Part shown: piece after piece, positions 1-11,035 of the stretch
How the letters are laid out: every line of letters starts with the position of its first letter
How positions within the stretch are numbered: the stretch's first letter is position 1
Source: Eledone cirrhosa
Taxonomy: Eukaryota
Assembly: GCA_964016885.1 (NCBI GenBank)
Contig: OZ024755.1
Location: 15,996,001-16,060,000, forward strand
Reading direction: 5' to 3'
Length of the DNA: 64,000 nt
Program-made: the position numbers and the translations under genes
Notes under the pieces: model-generated
Database searches by the model: none
The model's input: only the letters and a program-made list of their open reading frames with translations
What the model was told of the DNA's origin: nothing

Positions 1-965
1 CACGGTGTAGCATGCTTTTCAAAAACAATTCGACATTAATCCGCCCTCTCCTAAGAACATTCGATGGTGGTTCCAACAAAGTGGGTGTCTGTGTAAAGGA
101 AAAAGTCCAGGACGACCACGAGTTTCGGAGGAACAAGTCGCGAGAATCCGTGCTGCGTTTGAGGGAGCCCGCGGAAGTCCAGAAATCGAGCTAGCCGTGA
201 GCTTGCGATCCCTCAATTCACTATCTGGCGTGTACTAAGAAGACGTCTACATTTGAAACCATACAGACTACGCCTCGTTCAGGCACTTACCAATGACGAC
301 AAGAGGAAGCAGATGGAATTTTGCGAATCGATGCTGGAGATGATGGAAGACAAAACCTTCATTTCACGTTTAATTTTTAGTGATGAAGCGACTTTTCACT
401 TGAGCGGTACAGTCAATCGTCACAATGTGCGTATTTGGGGAACAGAGCACCCACATGAAACAGTTGAGCATGAAAAACATTCCCCTAAGGTGAATGTCTT
501 CTGTACTGTGTGTCAGGACAAGGTTTATGGTCCCTTTTTCTTTGAAGGAAACACCGTTACAGGACAAACCTATCTCGATATGCTCCAAAAATGGCTCTTC
601 ACTTCACTGCAAGCAGATTCGCATGACTTCATTTTTCAACAAGATGGAACACTGCCCCATTCTTGTGGGGATATGTAAAAGATCGCGTTTATGATCCACC
701 ACTACCCACTAACCTCGATGACGTTAAACATCAAATAACAACAGCGATCAACTCAGTGGTAATATGCTGATACGTGTCTGGGAAGAATTCTCTTATTGTA
801 TTGATGTTGCCCGTGCTGCAGGTGGTGGCTACATTGAACACTTGTAAGACAGGAAATAAAAGCTGATTGTGAGTAGAATACTTGTGACTTAGCTAGAGTT
901 TTCTATTGCTTTTCTTATTAAAATATTGCGTAATGAAATCGGTTCATTCTTTTTGAATAACCCTG
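1..965 (+). mobile_element. Degenerate Tc1/mariner-superfamily DNA transposon (DUF4817 HTH + DDE-type transposase), 5' end outside window
   Basis: ORF 253-678 has FSDEATF, NRHNVRIWG, SPKVNV, GPFFF, FQQDG motifs; upstream frames give KGKSPGRPRV; C-terminus GGGYIEHL* near 848; internal deletion at ~660 joins LPH to LWGYVKDRVY and removes the SPDL region; right terminus ...tttttgaataaccctg followed by TA (966-967). Confidence 0.9.
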
Positions 966-2117
966 TATATTATTTAAGAAAATATTTTTAACATCGCCAC
1001 CTAAAAAACAATGTATTGATTAGCTGCCTTGATTTATAAATGAGGTTTGGATTTTCTCAGACATAAAATGAGGTGGGGAAAGGATCAGCTTATATTTGGG
1101 TATATACAGTGTATATATATATCATTTGATCTAAATGGCATTCACATGTGTTGCATGAGCATTGCCTTTCATTGACTATTGATGAGGTGGCATGTTATCT
1201 GCTAATTAGTCGTGGTTCTCCATAGTTGCTCTATCTACTAGAAACACCAGAAATTATAGTCTTACATCTAAAAAAAGAAAAAGGCACATTACATAATGTT
1301 CTACTGAACAAGGCTCATCTGAAAAGTTCATAAGCTGACTATGAAGGAATGATACTAGAACTGTGAAATCTTACATGATTTAATTTCAACTCTTCTCATT
1401 AATAACTGCATTGTTTCTTTCCAAGGACTACGTTGAAAAATAAACCTTTGATCATTCCATGAGAGTATCTTGGTCAGCCTATGAACGTTTAGACCAACCC
1501 TCGTACACCTTGATATGAGAGGATGGGCATGGCTAGAATGTCTTTGATCATAAGTCTGCTGGATTATGGCTGAACTGGGGCTAAACAATACACATACAAA
1601 TTGTAAAACAGCAATTTAAAAGTTTTATTTATTCTGCATGTTTATATAATAAACATGTAGAATTAATTTAAATACACTGTATTTGAATTAATTGATAAAG
1701 AATTGATTTGGAGAGATTTACTAAAATTATTTTGATTATTAAGATAGTATTTGTAACATAACAAAAAGGTTCTTCTTCTTCTTTGACTACTTATTCCTGG
1801 AAAGGTCATGGGGGTAGAGTCCTCAAACACTCCCTTCAGTGCATTTTATTGTGTCACCAACACTAGAGAATGCATTTTATCACACAGAAGTGAACAAACA
1901 TTTTCATTAATGAAACTGATAAATATAACAAAAATGAAGTTATGATTGACTTATTCAAATTCCAAGAATTCTTTGCTACTCTCAGTAATTAATTTAACTC
2001 AAGACATTAAGAACTTGGCAAAATCAAAAGACTGATTAAAATAAGAAATGCTTAGATTTGTTTTGTTATTTTTATATTAAATCATATAATTTGAAAATGT
2101 AAATTATATTATATATA

Positions 2118-2310
2118 CAGGATGTATTAAAAAGAATCATCCGATTTAAACAAATGAACATATAATCATGTGATAACTTGTACAATACATGTCTGAATAT
2201 AAAGTTTTATTTGCAATTTTTACAAATGCTCAATATGCCCTCCTCTGGGTACACAACAGACATCTATACGATAGTCAAACTCATCCCATACTTGAGGAAG
2301 TGTGTCTGAT
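2118..2310 (-). mobile_element. 3' end fragment of a related Tc1/mariner element
   Basis: Minus-strand translation WDEFDYRIDVCCVPRGGHIEHL* matches the C-terminus of the element at 1-965; TA|caggatgtattaaaaagaatcatccgattt resembles the reverse complement of that element's TIR. Confidence 0.8.
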
Positions 2311-2330
2311 GATTCTTTTTGATATATTAA

Positions 2331-2551
2331 CCCTTTAGCATTTAACCCGGCCGTATCCAGCCAGAATTCTCTCAGCTCTTTCTGTTCAAACCAGCTATAA
2401 CTGGCCACTCATACTGATGTTAAGGTATTGTTCTCAAAACAAATAACATCAAAATTTCATAGATTCAATATTATGTGAGATAATTATGTAAGATAAAGCC
2501 TTTACCACATAAATACAATAATATATATAGAGTAATGTAAATGCTAAAGGG
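2331..2551. mobile_element. piggyBac-type MITE, complete
   Basis: TIRs ccctttagcattta / taaatgctaaaggg flanked on both sides by TTAA (2327-2330, 2552-2555); second full copy at 45360-45580. Confidence 0.9.
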
Positions 2552-4365
2552 TTAATATATCTTATACAAGAATTGAGTGGCAATACAAAACTTATTTGCC
2601 GCATGTGAACTCCTGCATGAAAAATTGGCACATGGAATGTAAAATGGTGGACACTGTGTAGAGTCTTTTAATGGTTTGTGGAGTAAATGAGGAAGATATT
2701 AATAAAATACATAGAGAAAAATAGATTTGACCAACTCCCTATGCTTATAACTATAAACAACACCATTATAATTACCTTGCTACCTTAGCAAAGGGCCACA
2801 ATCTGTCTTCACTTTGATCAGCAAGTTTTGGTGAAGAAGTGGCAAGAAATCTCAGCAGAATAAAGTTACAGTAGAGGGAGACCAAGGAAAACCTTTGCAG
2901 AGGTTGTGAGAGCTAATCTAAAATTGCTGAAGTTCACAGATGACAAAGAACCGCAATGAGTGAAGGGATGCTGTGCTGGAAAAGACATCCAACCTATGCA
3001 TGCATGGAAAAATGAATGTAAAATAATAATGTTGATGTTGCATTGTTGAAGACTGGATCTTTGAATTAGCTGGAGCCATACTCATGGAATAATATGTTAA
3101 TTTTTCTATTTTTTTTTTCACCATCAATTATACCTCATAAGGTAAAACCTGAATGTGTTTTTCTGCCAGTGAGAGAAGCCAACTCTTTCAACCAAGTACT
3201 CCAAAAATGATAAGAAAAAATGTAATATGTACCCCCACTGTTGTTGTTTTGATTTTAGTGGTTAACATGTATGTTTAGTTGGCCTCCTGTAAGGTTGCAT
3301 CTTATAGTAGGGTTCTAATGATAGGAGCCTAAGTGGTCAGTCATATCATCTCACTATTTTCCTGTGACATTATCCTCATTTCAAATCCGCTTTCCCTGCT
3401 AGCAATGGTTGGACGGGTCTTCAGAGACCAATGCAGTATTGAAGCAGGGCTACTGACCTCTAAGACAGGCCAGAGTTCCACATCTTGCTTACATACAGTC
3501 CCACATTCTACTGAGTGCTTTTTATTATGGCACCAGCACTAAAGAAGTTGTTATGTCTTTGACATAACTGAAAGGTCCTCCAAGCCCCTTTGTTTGGCAA
3601 GCTTTCTATGGCTAGATATGAGATTTGAAATCAGAACACACAGAACCAGAAGAGATACTGCAAGGCACTTTAACAATTTTGTCAATCCACCACATGAGAG
3701 GGTGCTTTACTTATTGACATGGAAGTATAAAAGACAAAATTGACCTCAGAGCACAGAAAAGTTGTATCAAATATTGATCCTCTAACGACTCTGCCAGTTC
3801 CCTGCCTATATATATATACATATATTGGTGTTAAGAAGGTCATCCAGCTGTAAAAATCCCGGACAAATTTTATAGTTCAATCTAGGCAAGGTATGGCACA
3901 GCCAATCTGCTCAGACTTGTCTCATGACATGGACGACCCATCTAATTCATGTAAGCATGAAAAATGGACTTTAAACGGTGATGATGATATAAATATATAT
4001 ATATACATGCTTCTCTGTGGTATAGTAGATAATATTAGAATAAATAAACAGACAGAGCTTACATCATCATCATCATCATAACACCCTTTCCTTGCTAGCA
4101 AGTGTTGGACGTGTCTACATAGACCAAGTCAGTACTGAAGCAGGGCTACTGATCTCCCAGATAAGCAAGGAAATTGCGTCTCACTTACATATGGTCTCAC
4201 ACTCTACTGAGTGCACAGGAGAAGTTATCATGTCTTTGGCATAACTGAAGGGTACTCCCAACCCTGTTTGGCAAGCTTACATGTATAAAATAATTTTTTA
4301 AGACAAAAAAAAAACAAAAAAAACAAGTAGATATGCTGTATTAAATCTGTACTATATACAAAAGT

Positions 4366-4876
4366 TCATTTTACTGTAATCCTTGCAGCATTTTTATCAG
4401 AAACAGTATACTGGTCCCATTTTTTCTCAGGATCATATGGTTCCCATCGACATGCTGGGAATATATGCTTGTTCCTCTCATACCAGCTACGCAGACAAAC
4501 TTTGCCAGCATGTGATTCATCTTTCTCCACAGTGGCATCGTTGATCAAACGGATATCTTCATGCACATCAAAATTAAAGAGTGGTCCACTCTTGCCTCGA
4601 GCTTTCGTCACAATGAAGTCATAAAATGTGTAATGGTGTGGGATGATTAAGTCTTCTTTAACATACATCAACTGATCGACTGTGATAGATTTCAGATCAT
4701 TGAATTCCTTGCGTAGATTTTCCAGACACCGTTGTAGGAATTGCTGGATGCTGTTACCTTTCTTCATTTTCACCTGGCGACGATGGCCAGAGCCATCCCA
4801 GTAACTGTATGTAATTTCAATCTCTTCATTTTTAATTTTTTCTTGTTTAGCAACCCATTCTTGACGAAGCTGTTCT
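4366..4876 (-). CDS. FAM50A: FAM50A/XAP5 homolog, coding exon 4 (XAP5 C-terminal domain, stop at 4366-4368)
   Basis: Acceptor ttttatag| at 4877; translation [34 protein letters not shown]...[33 protein letters not shown]...[34 protein letters not shown] is diagnostic for FAM50/XAP5. Confidence 0.97.
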
Positions 4877-5331
4877 CTATAAAAGAATAGATAGAATATG
4901 ATAAAAATACAATATGATAATAATATAAATATATGTATATAACTATGATATATATATACAAATATTGAAACAATATTGATGCAACATCGATATAATATTG
5001 AAACAAATTTTATAAAATATCAGAAAATTGATACAGTATGGAAACATTATGCATTGCACATGATATTGTATCGATTCTGCTTGCCTTAGCTTGGCTGGTT
5101 AAAAATATGTATCCATCGTCTAACTTTACATACAAGTGGCTATTAGCATTAACATTTCAAGAAGTTGGTCTAACAACTTGAAAACTATTAAATATATACA
5201 AACCAACTATAGCTATGTTAGCAGGTAAAAAAAGAGGTTACAAAAAAAATGTCTTGCCTTGACTTCTCGATCAAACCAACTACAGCTATGTTAGTAGGTA
5301 AAAATGAAGGTTACAGAAAAAAATGTCTCAC

Positions 5332-5516
5332 CTTAACTTGTTCTCTTCCTCTTCACGATCACGGTCAGGTAAAAAACTTGTATCAACATCAGGATTCTTT
5401 CCAAGACGTTTTCTTTTCAGTTTACCAGTAGTGATATCAATTTCTGGGAGTTCTTCCTCCAGGTCAGAAATATCATCATCATCACCTTCGTCTGGGTCAA
5501 AGGATAAAGCTGCTCT
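5332..5516 (-). CDS. FAM50A: FAM50A/XAP5 homolog, coding exon 3
   Basis: ccag| acceptor, |gtgag donor; [15 protein letters not shown]...[29 protein letters not shown]; phases 0/2 join exons 2 and 4. Confidence 0.95.
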
Positions 5517-5669
5517 CTGGTAATATCAACAAACAATCAGTGTTACAGGAGTGAGCAAATGTAGAAATATACAGAAGTGGTAAGATCAGATCTTAAAAAA
5601 TTAAACCTCACAGAGATGACAAAGGAATGCAATAAGTGGAGAGAAGCTGAAGGGATTTAGTGATATAAC

Positions 5670-5830
5670 TAACTTTTTCAATATTAAGTTGGTGTTTGGA
5701 GCATAACTTAACAAAGGCTCTTACATAAAATTATGATGGAAAATTCAAATTTAAATATGAACATTTTGAAACAAACAGCTTTGTATCGTAGAACTAGTGG
5801 AGGTTTCAGGCAGTTTGGTATAAAAAGGGT
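5670..5830. mobile_element. Partial piggyBac-like MITE in FAM50 intron 2
   Basis: Ends in ...tttcaggcagtttggtataaaaagggt, a piggyBac-like aaaggg terminus; opposite end and TTAA not recognisable. Confidence 0.4.
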
Positions 5831-5879
5831 GATGGCAAATGTTGTTAACAGGTTGGATTATGTAAGTTCTCTAACATAC

Positions 5880-6019
5880 CTTCATTTTTTCATATCGTCT
5901 TTTCTCCTCCTGTTGCTTTGCATACTGACGAGCTTCAGCATCTTTTTTGGCAAGTTGTTTCTCCCGTTGTTTAACTACATCTTCTTGTTTTGCTTTCATT
6001 TCATCCAGAGTAACCAGCC
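5880..6019 (-). CDS. FAM50A: FAM50A/XAP5 homolog, coding exon 2
   Basis: aag| acceptor, |gtatgt donor; GLVTLDEMKAKQEDVVKQREKQLAKK...; phases 1/0. Confidence 0.95.
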
Positions 6020-6659
6020 CTTTTCAGAAATAAGAATATGTTTATAAGAATATCTTTATATGCTACCTCATCATCATCATTATCACCACCATTTAACATC
6101 CATTTTTCCATGCTAGCATGGGTTAGAAGAGTTGAGCTGTTGTGAGACAAGTTAGATCAGATGGCCATGTCTTGCTCATACAAAACTGTTTCTGGCTTGG
6201 CTTCTATGGCTGGATACCCTTTCTAATGCCAGCCACATTTACAGTGTCGACTGGGTGCTTTTTATCATGGCACCAAAATTATCAACTGACAGGTTGGACT
6301 GGGTGCTTTTTGTCATATCAGCAACACAACCACCCAATGGGCCAATGAAGTAAAATGTTTTAGCAAATAGTGCAGAGGAGGGGGCACATTTACATGTTAC
6401 TATATTGGAGAGGATATTAATTTAACAACCCAGCCGTCCTGGAAATTGAACATCAAGGCACTTATGGACAGTGCATGCAAAATGAGAAGGCAGCTCCATC
6501 TTTCATAAATATGAGGACATTGATGTTGTCCCAAGTGATCACAGTAGGCCAGAAGTTATAAATAATTTTAAATAGGGAGTTTGTTTCAGTAATCAGAAAA
6601 AGGGAGGTAGGCATAAAAGCCAAATTCACTATTTTCAATTTGGTTTTCGTGCGAATCCT

Positions 6660-7045
6660 TACCCATGGGTAATAACTGAAAGAATACGATTGTGAATACA
6701 AACAGCTGAAATGGGATTCCAACAAAGGGTCTTTGGAGTAACATTATTCGATAGAGTGCAAGTCACTCCAGGTAGAGCCGTTACTTCTTTGAATTGAGAG
6801 ATCACAGCTCCAATACTATGGGCATGTGGTTAGAATGTCTCAGGAAAGAATCGGTGGAAGATTTTATGGGCAAAACCAACCAGCAGGAAGCCTATGGGCA
6901 GACCCTGAGCAAGATGTTTGGATAACATGCTTGGGGATCCAGCTGGATCAGTTGGAGACGGTTGCTTCTGACAAGACCTGCTGGAAGGAGTGTTTGAGGA
7001 CTCTGCCCCCATGACCCTCTCAGGAATAAATGGGCAAAGAAGAAT
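6660..7045 (+). mobile_element. 3' fragment of an RTE-clade LINE (Rex3/Expander-like) in FAM50 intron 1
   Basis: Broken frames give [53 protein letters not shown]; related fragments at ~30780-31100 and ~47375-47490. Confidence 0.75.
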
Positions 7046-7073
7046 TTCTTTCCACCCCCACTGTATAACTTAC

Positions 7074-7266
7074 CAATGGTGTTCGATTTGAGCTGCTGCT
7101 CAACAGCATCATAATGAGCTGCAAATTTGTTTTGGATGCTGCCAATTTTTAACTCCTCTTCAATTTTTTTCTTCTTTGCTTCCAGCTCTTGGTGCTCTTT
7201 CTGGCGTTTCTTCATCAGACTAAAAGCTCTCCCAGCTTCGGAGGCAGCTCCTTTGTAGTGAGCCAT
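7074..7266 (-). CDS. FAM50A: FAM50A/XAP5 homolog, coding exon 1 (ATG at 7266)
   Basis: [21 protein letters not shown]...[19 protein letters not shown] then |gtaagt donor at 7073. Exon lengths 193+140+185+511=1029 nt = 342 aa plus stop. Strong polypyrimidine acceptor at 7308 implies an upstream non-coding exon. Confidence 0.97.
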
Positions 7267-7910
7267 TTTTTTTTTTTTTTAATAAATGGATCTTCACAGT
7301 AATTAATCTGGAAAAAGAAAAAAAAAGGGCTATAAATTCTTGTTTTGGCTAACAATTTACCCGATTCATTTTGAAGTTCCACTCTTACACACACATAAAA
7401 ACCGAGGCGGGACACTAAATATAACACACAAACACAACCACATGAAGCAATGAGGGAATTCTAATACTGACGCGTATAAACTAAATAATCCTGTGAATCG
7501 GGCGAAATATTTTTATTTTCTTCATATCTATTTCATTTTCTATTGCCCAGAATACCCCGAAACCTGATAACGTGCAAACTGCATTTAAAATATAAATATC
7601 ATTGTAAACCATCGATAATTTCCTCCAAATAAAGCACCCGGTGGTGATTTTGTGAGACAAAAACAATTATATCTTAATGCTATGCTTAATTATACAAGAA
7701 AATGAGATGTTTAATCGGAATTGAAAGTACAACGTTGATAATATAGTATTTGTATGTATATATATATTATCTTGTCTACATTAGCATAACTTAACATAAG
7801 TAATTTTAATCGGTTCCTAATGTATTATCATCAAGTTATTCTAACGGGAATATAAAAACAAGCTAACAAAATCTGACAAGAAAGAGAGAAATAAAAATGT
7901 ATAAACTGAA

Positions 7911-8020
7911 ACTTACACGAAGAGTTACGGTGGTGAATACGCATGCGTAAGAACGGTGTAAATAAAAAGAAAGTTCCTAAACATAAAATCAGTTTATGCA
8001 CCTTTCCGCATTATCGAGGT
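7911..8020 (-). promoter_or_regulatory. Candidate FAM50 promoter / non-coding first exon
   Basis: Minus-strand GTAAGT donor at 7916-7911; palindrome tacgcatgcgta (7938-7949) resembles an NRF1/Ewg site; local CpG enrichment. Confidence 0.5.
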
Positions 8021-8164
8021 ATTGATGTAGAGACAAAATTTTACCTTTAACCTCATGTACTTATAAATATTTACGTGTACATAATTGTTTCTACTTTTGG
8101 CACATGGCCAGCAATTATCCTGGTGTATTACTGGTACTTTATTTTATCAACCCCGTGACGTTTG

Positions 8165-8400
8165 GTGAGGTTATAGCGAGGACAACTTTTCCTTTCATCC
8201 TTTCGGGTCGATAAAAAAAGTACCAGTCAAATACTGGAGTCGATTTTTTTTATATTTCTTTCTATCCTTCTATGGAAAAGAAATCTGCTCTGTTCAGACC
8301 TGGAGAGGGATGGGCTCCGTCAGGCTATGAAATGCCTAAGAAACGCCGTATTCCACCACGGCGCCCTTGCGGCTCCATCAGGAGTTATGGGACCATACCA
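8165..8400 (+). mobile_element. SINE with Meta-like central domain and a distinctive 3' tail (ggaagaaatctgct...cagacctggagagg...gggctcc)
   Basis: Same body and tail recur at ~41873-42210, ~59995-60315 and ~61975-62215. Confidence 0.65.
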
Positions 8401-9099
8401 TAGTCAGTTATGTCAACCGCGTCATTACCCTGCTGGTATACATGACTGATATTTTATTTTCCTCGATTATTACTGCACATGATTTCAAAGTAAATCATGC
8501 AACCAATAAAAACATGTAAGATGCACACAGGACTGTGGAGTAGCTATTGTAAACTAGATGCACACAGTAAAGATAAGATTTAATGTTACAATAATAAAGA
8601 AACTGTAAAGGAAGGAGTGAACAACCGAGCCAACACCAGAGCAAAAGACAGCAACGTCGCGAGGACAACCGGGCAACCTCTCTAATGACTTTTGAGGCAA
8701 GCCAGCACACTCGCAGCGTTGCCTCGGGTGATGGCGAGGCTGATGCGCTGGAAACCAAGCGCCCTCGCGAGAATCGCCACTTACCTCTATTAGGCGAGCC
8801 GCCTTGAAGAGAGGAACCTCGCAGTCAGCGACCCGACTTCCCCAAACCTCTCGAAAACAGGCTGAAAAATGTAGCTCGCCGACAGATCACAGGTAAGATT
8901 AAAACCTAAACTTCGTAAAAGTATTCGTGTTGTTGTTGCAGACTATGGAAACATATGTGTGTGTATATATATATATAAATATACCTGTAAACACATGTAT
9001 ATATTTATGTATTCATGTATGTATATAAATTATTGTCTTATTTACCAAAATATTTTTCTAATATCGTCTTTATCTGGTTTCCTTCCATATAATGTTACA

Positions 9100-11035
9100 A
9101 TAATAGGAAGAGGCGAAATAGATCGTCCAACCACCTCAAACAGGTGACAAAAAAGGCAGTGCTTCAATTTGAGCAGCGCATAGCAACCAGCCCTGACAGT
9201 AAGGTGTTCTGGAAGTATGTTCACTCAAAGCAGAGGCCTCACTCTCCAGTTGGTCCTCTTCGCAATCCCCACACAAGCCAGGTTACTGACGACCCCAAGG
9301 AATGCGCAGAGCTCATTGCTGAATGCTATGCAGGCATTTTCACTATTGAAGACCAGAGTGTACCATCTCCACCACCTATGACACCGGACTCTATTACAAC
9401 CATGGAATTTACACCTGCAATGCTGCGACGTCACCTAAAAAATAAACTCAACCATGCCTCTCCTGGTCTTGATGGTGTTACGTACCTGCTTCTTAAACGT
9501 GGTGGGTACTTCCTTCTACACCAGTTATCACGCTTCTTCCAATTCTGTCTGAACAACAGTGCTACTCCAGAACAGTAGAAAACTTCCAGTGTCATTCCTC
9601 TGTTCAAAAAGGGTGACCGCACATCACCTGTGAACTATCGTCCAGTCAGTCTTACTAGTTGCATCGCCAAACTGATGGAATCCTGTGTCAGAGAAACACT
9701 TTGGAACTTCTGGAGCTCTCACAGTCTTATCCGGCCCTCGCAATTTGGATTTATCCCCAACTCCAGCTGCTGTGATCAACTTATAGAGTTTCTTGAGGAC
9801 ATCACCCGGATCACTGATGGCGGCTCATGAGTGAATGTTGTTTACCTTGACTTTGCGAAGGCCTTCAATTCTGTGCCACACAAAAGGCTTATGGCAAAAC
9901 TCTCTGCAATGGGTGTGAAGGATGATCTTTTTAACTGGTTGAAGTCCTTCATTCTCAGTCGAAGAGAGGTAGTCACGGTTCTGGGACAGCATTCCTCACC
10001 ATATGAGATGTCATCTGGTGTACCACAGGGATCTGTTCTTGAACCCCTTTTGTTTGTGGCATATATTAATGACATAGATGCCAACTTAAGGAATGCCACA
10101 GTACTAAAGTACGCAGACGACATCAAGCTGTACCTTGAGATAAAAAGGACAGATCCTGAACACTATAGATCTTGCTTGCAGTCTGACCTGGACACAATGC
10201 AACAGTGGATCTCAGACTGGCAACTCAAGCTAGCTGTGGACAAGTGCACCACCATGCATTTTGGGAGTAAAAACCCAGCGTCCACATACTCCCTCCACAG
10301 CACTAATATCAAGAAGTCTTCCTGTGAACGTGACCTGGGCATTACGGTCAGCAGCGATTTGCGTTGGACGAGGCACATCTCTAAAATTGTCAAGAGGGCC
10401 GCCGAGGGTGTCTTAGCATCACTCAGCAAGACCTTTGTCAGCCGCTCTCCAGATATCTATTTAAGGCTGTATACAGCTATGGTGCGACCAAACTTAGAAT
10501 TTGCATCACCAGTCTGGAACCCCTATCTTGCTCAGGACATTGACCGCCTGGAAACTGTTCAGAGACGTGCAACCAAGCAAATACCCTCCATCAGGCATCT
10601 ACCATACTCTGAGCGCCTTGCTTCCCTGGGTATGGATTCATTGAAGCTCCGACGCCTGGCAACTGACTTGGTAAACACCCACAAAATTGTTAACCATGTT
10701 GCCAACAACAACCCTGAGTACCTTTTCGATTTCCATGTGTCTAACACACGTGGACATGCCCACAAAGTAAGAAAACAGCACAGTTCCCATGACTTTCGGA
10801 AACATTTTTTCACGCTCAGAGTTGCTGAAGCATGGAACAAACTACCTGCATCAGTTGTTAGCTGTCGAGACACTGCATCCTTTAAGGCCTCCATGCTTCC
10901 CGAGATCCGCCAACAGAACAGCTAACACATACACACATGTACTTCCCTGACATTTGTGTATTATTCTATGTACTATATTGACGAGTTGTAGTGCACCTGA
11001 GCACTTTACACAATAATTTCATTATTATTATTATA
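9100..11035 (+). mobile_element. 5'-truncated CR1-clade LINE (reverse transcriptase ORF2 with two in-frame stops)
   Basis: One frame from ~9100 to 10925: KVFWKYVHSK, SPGLDG, NYRPVSLTS, QFGF, YLDFAKAFNSVPH, SGVPQGSVL, KYADDIK, FFTLRVAEAWNKLP; stops at 9576 (TAG) and 9828 (TGA) where Trp is expected; 3' UTR ends tgtagtgcacctgagcac...aataatttc(ATT)n. Confidence 0.95.

Noticed and set aside
9576-9830. Stop-codon readthrough or alternative genetic code in the LINE ORF
   Set aside because: TAG and TGA at Trp positions are ordinary G-to-A transitions in a dead copy; host genes use the standard code.
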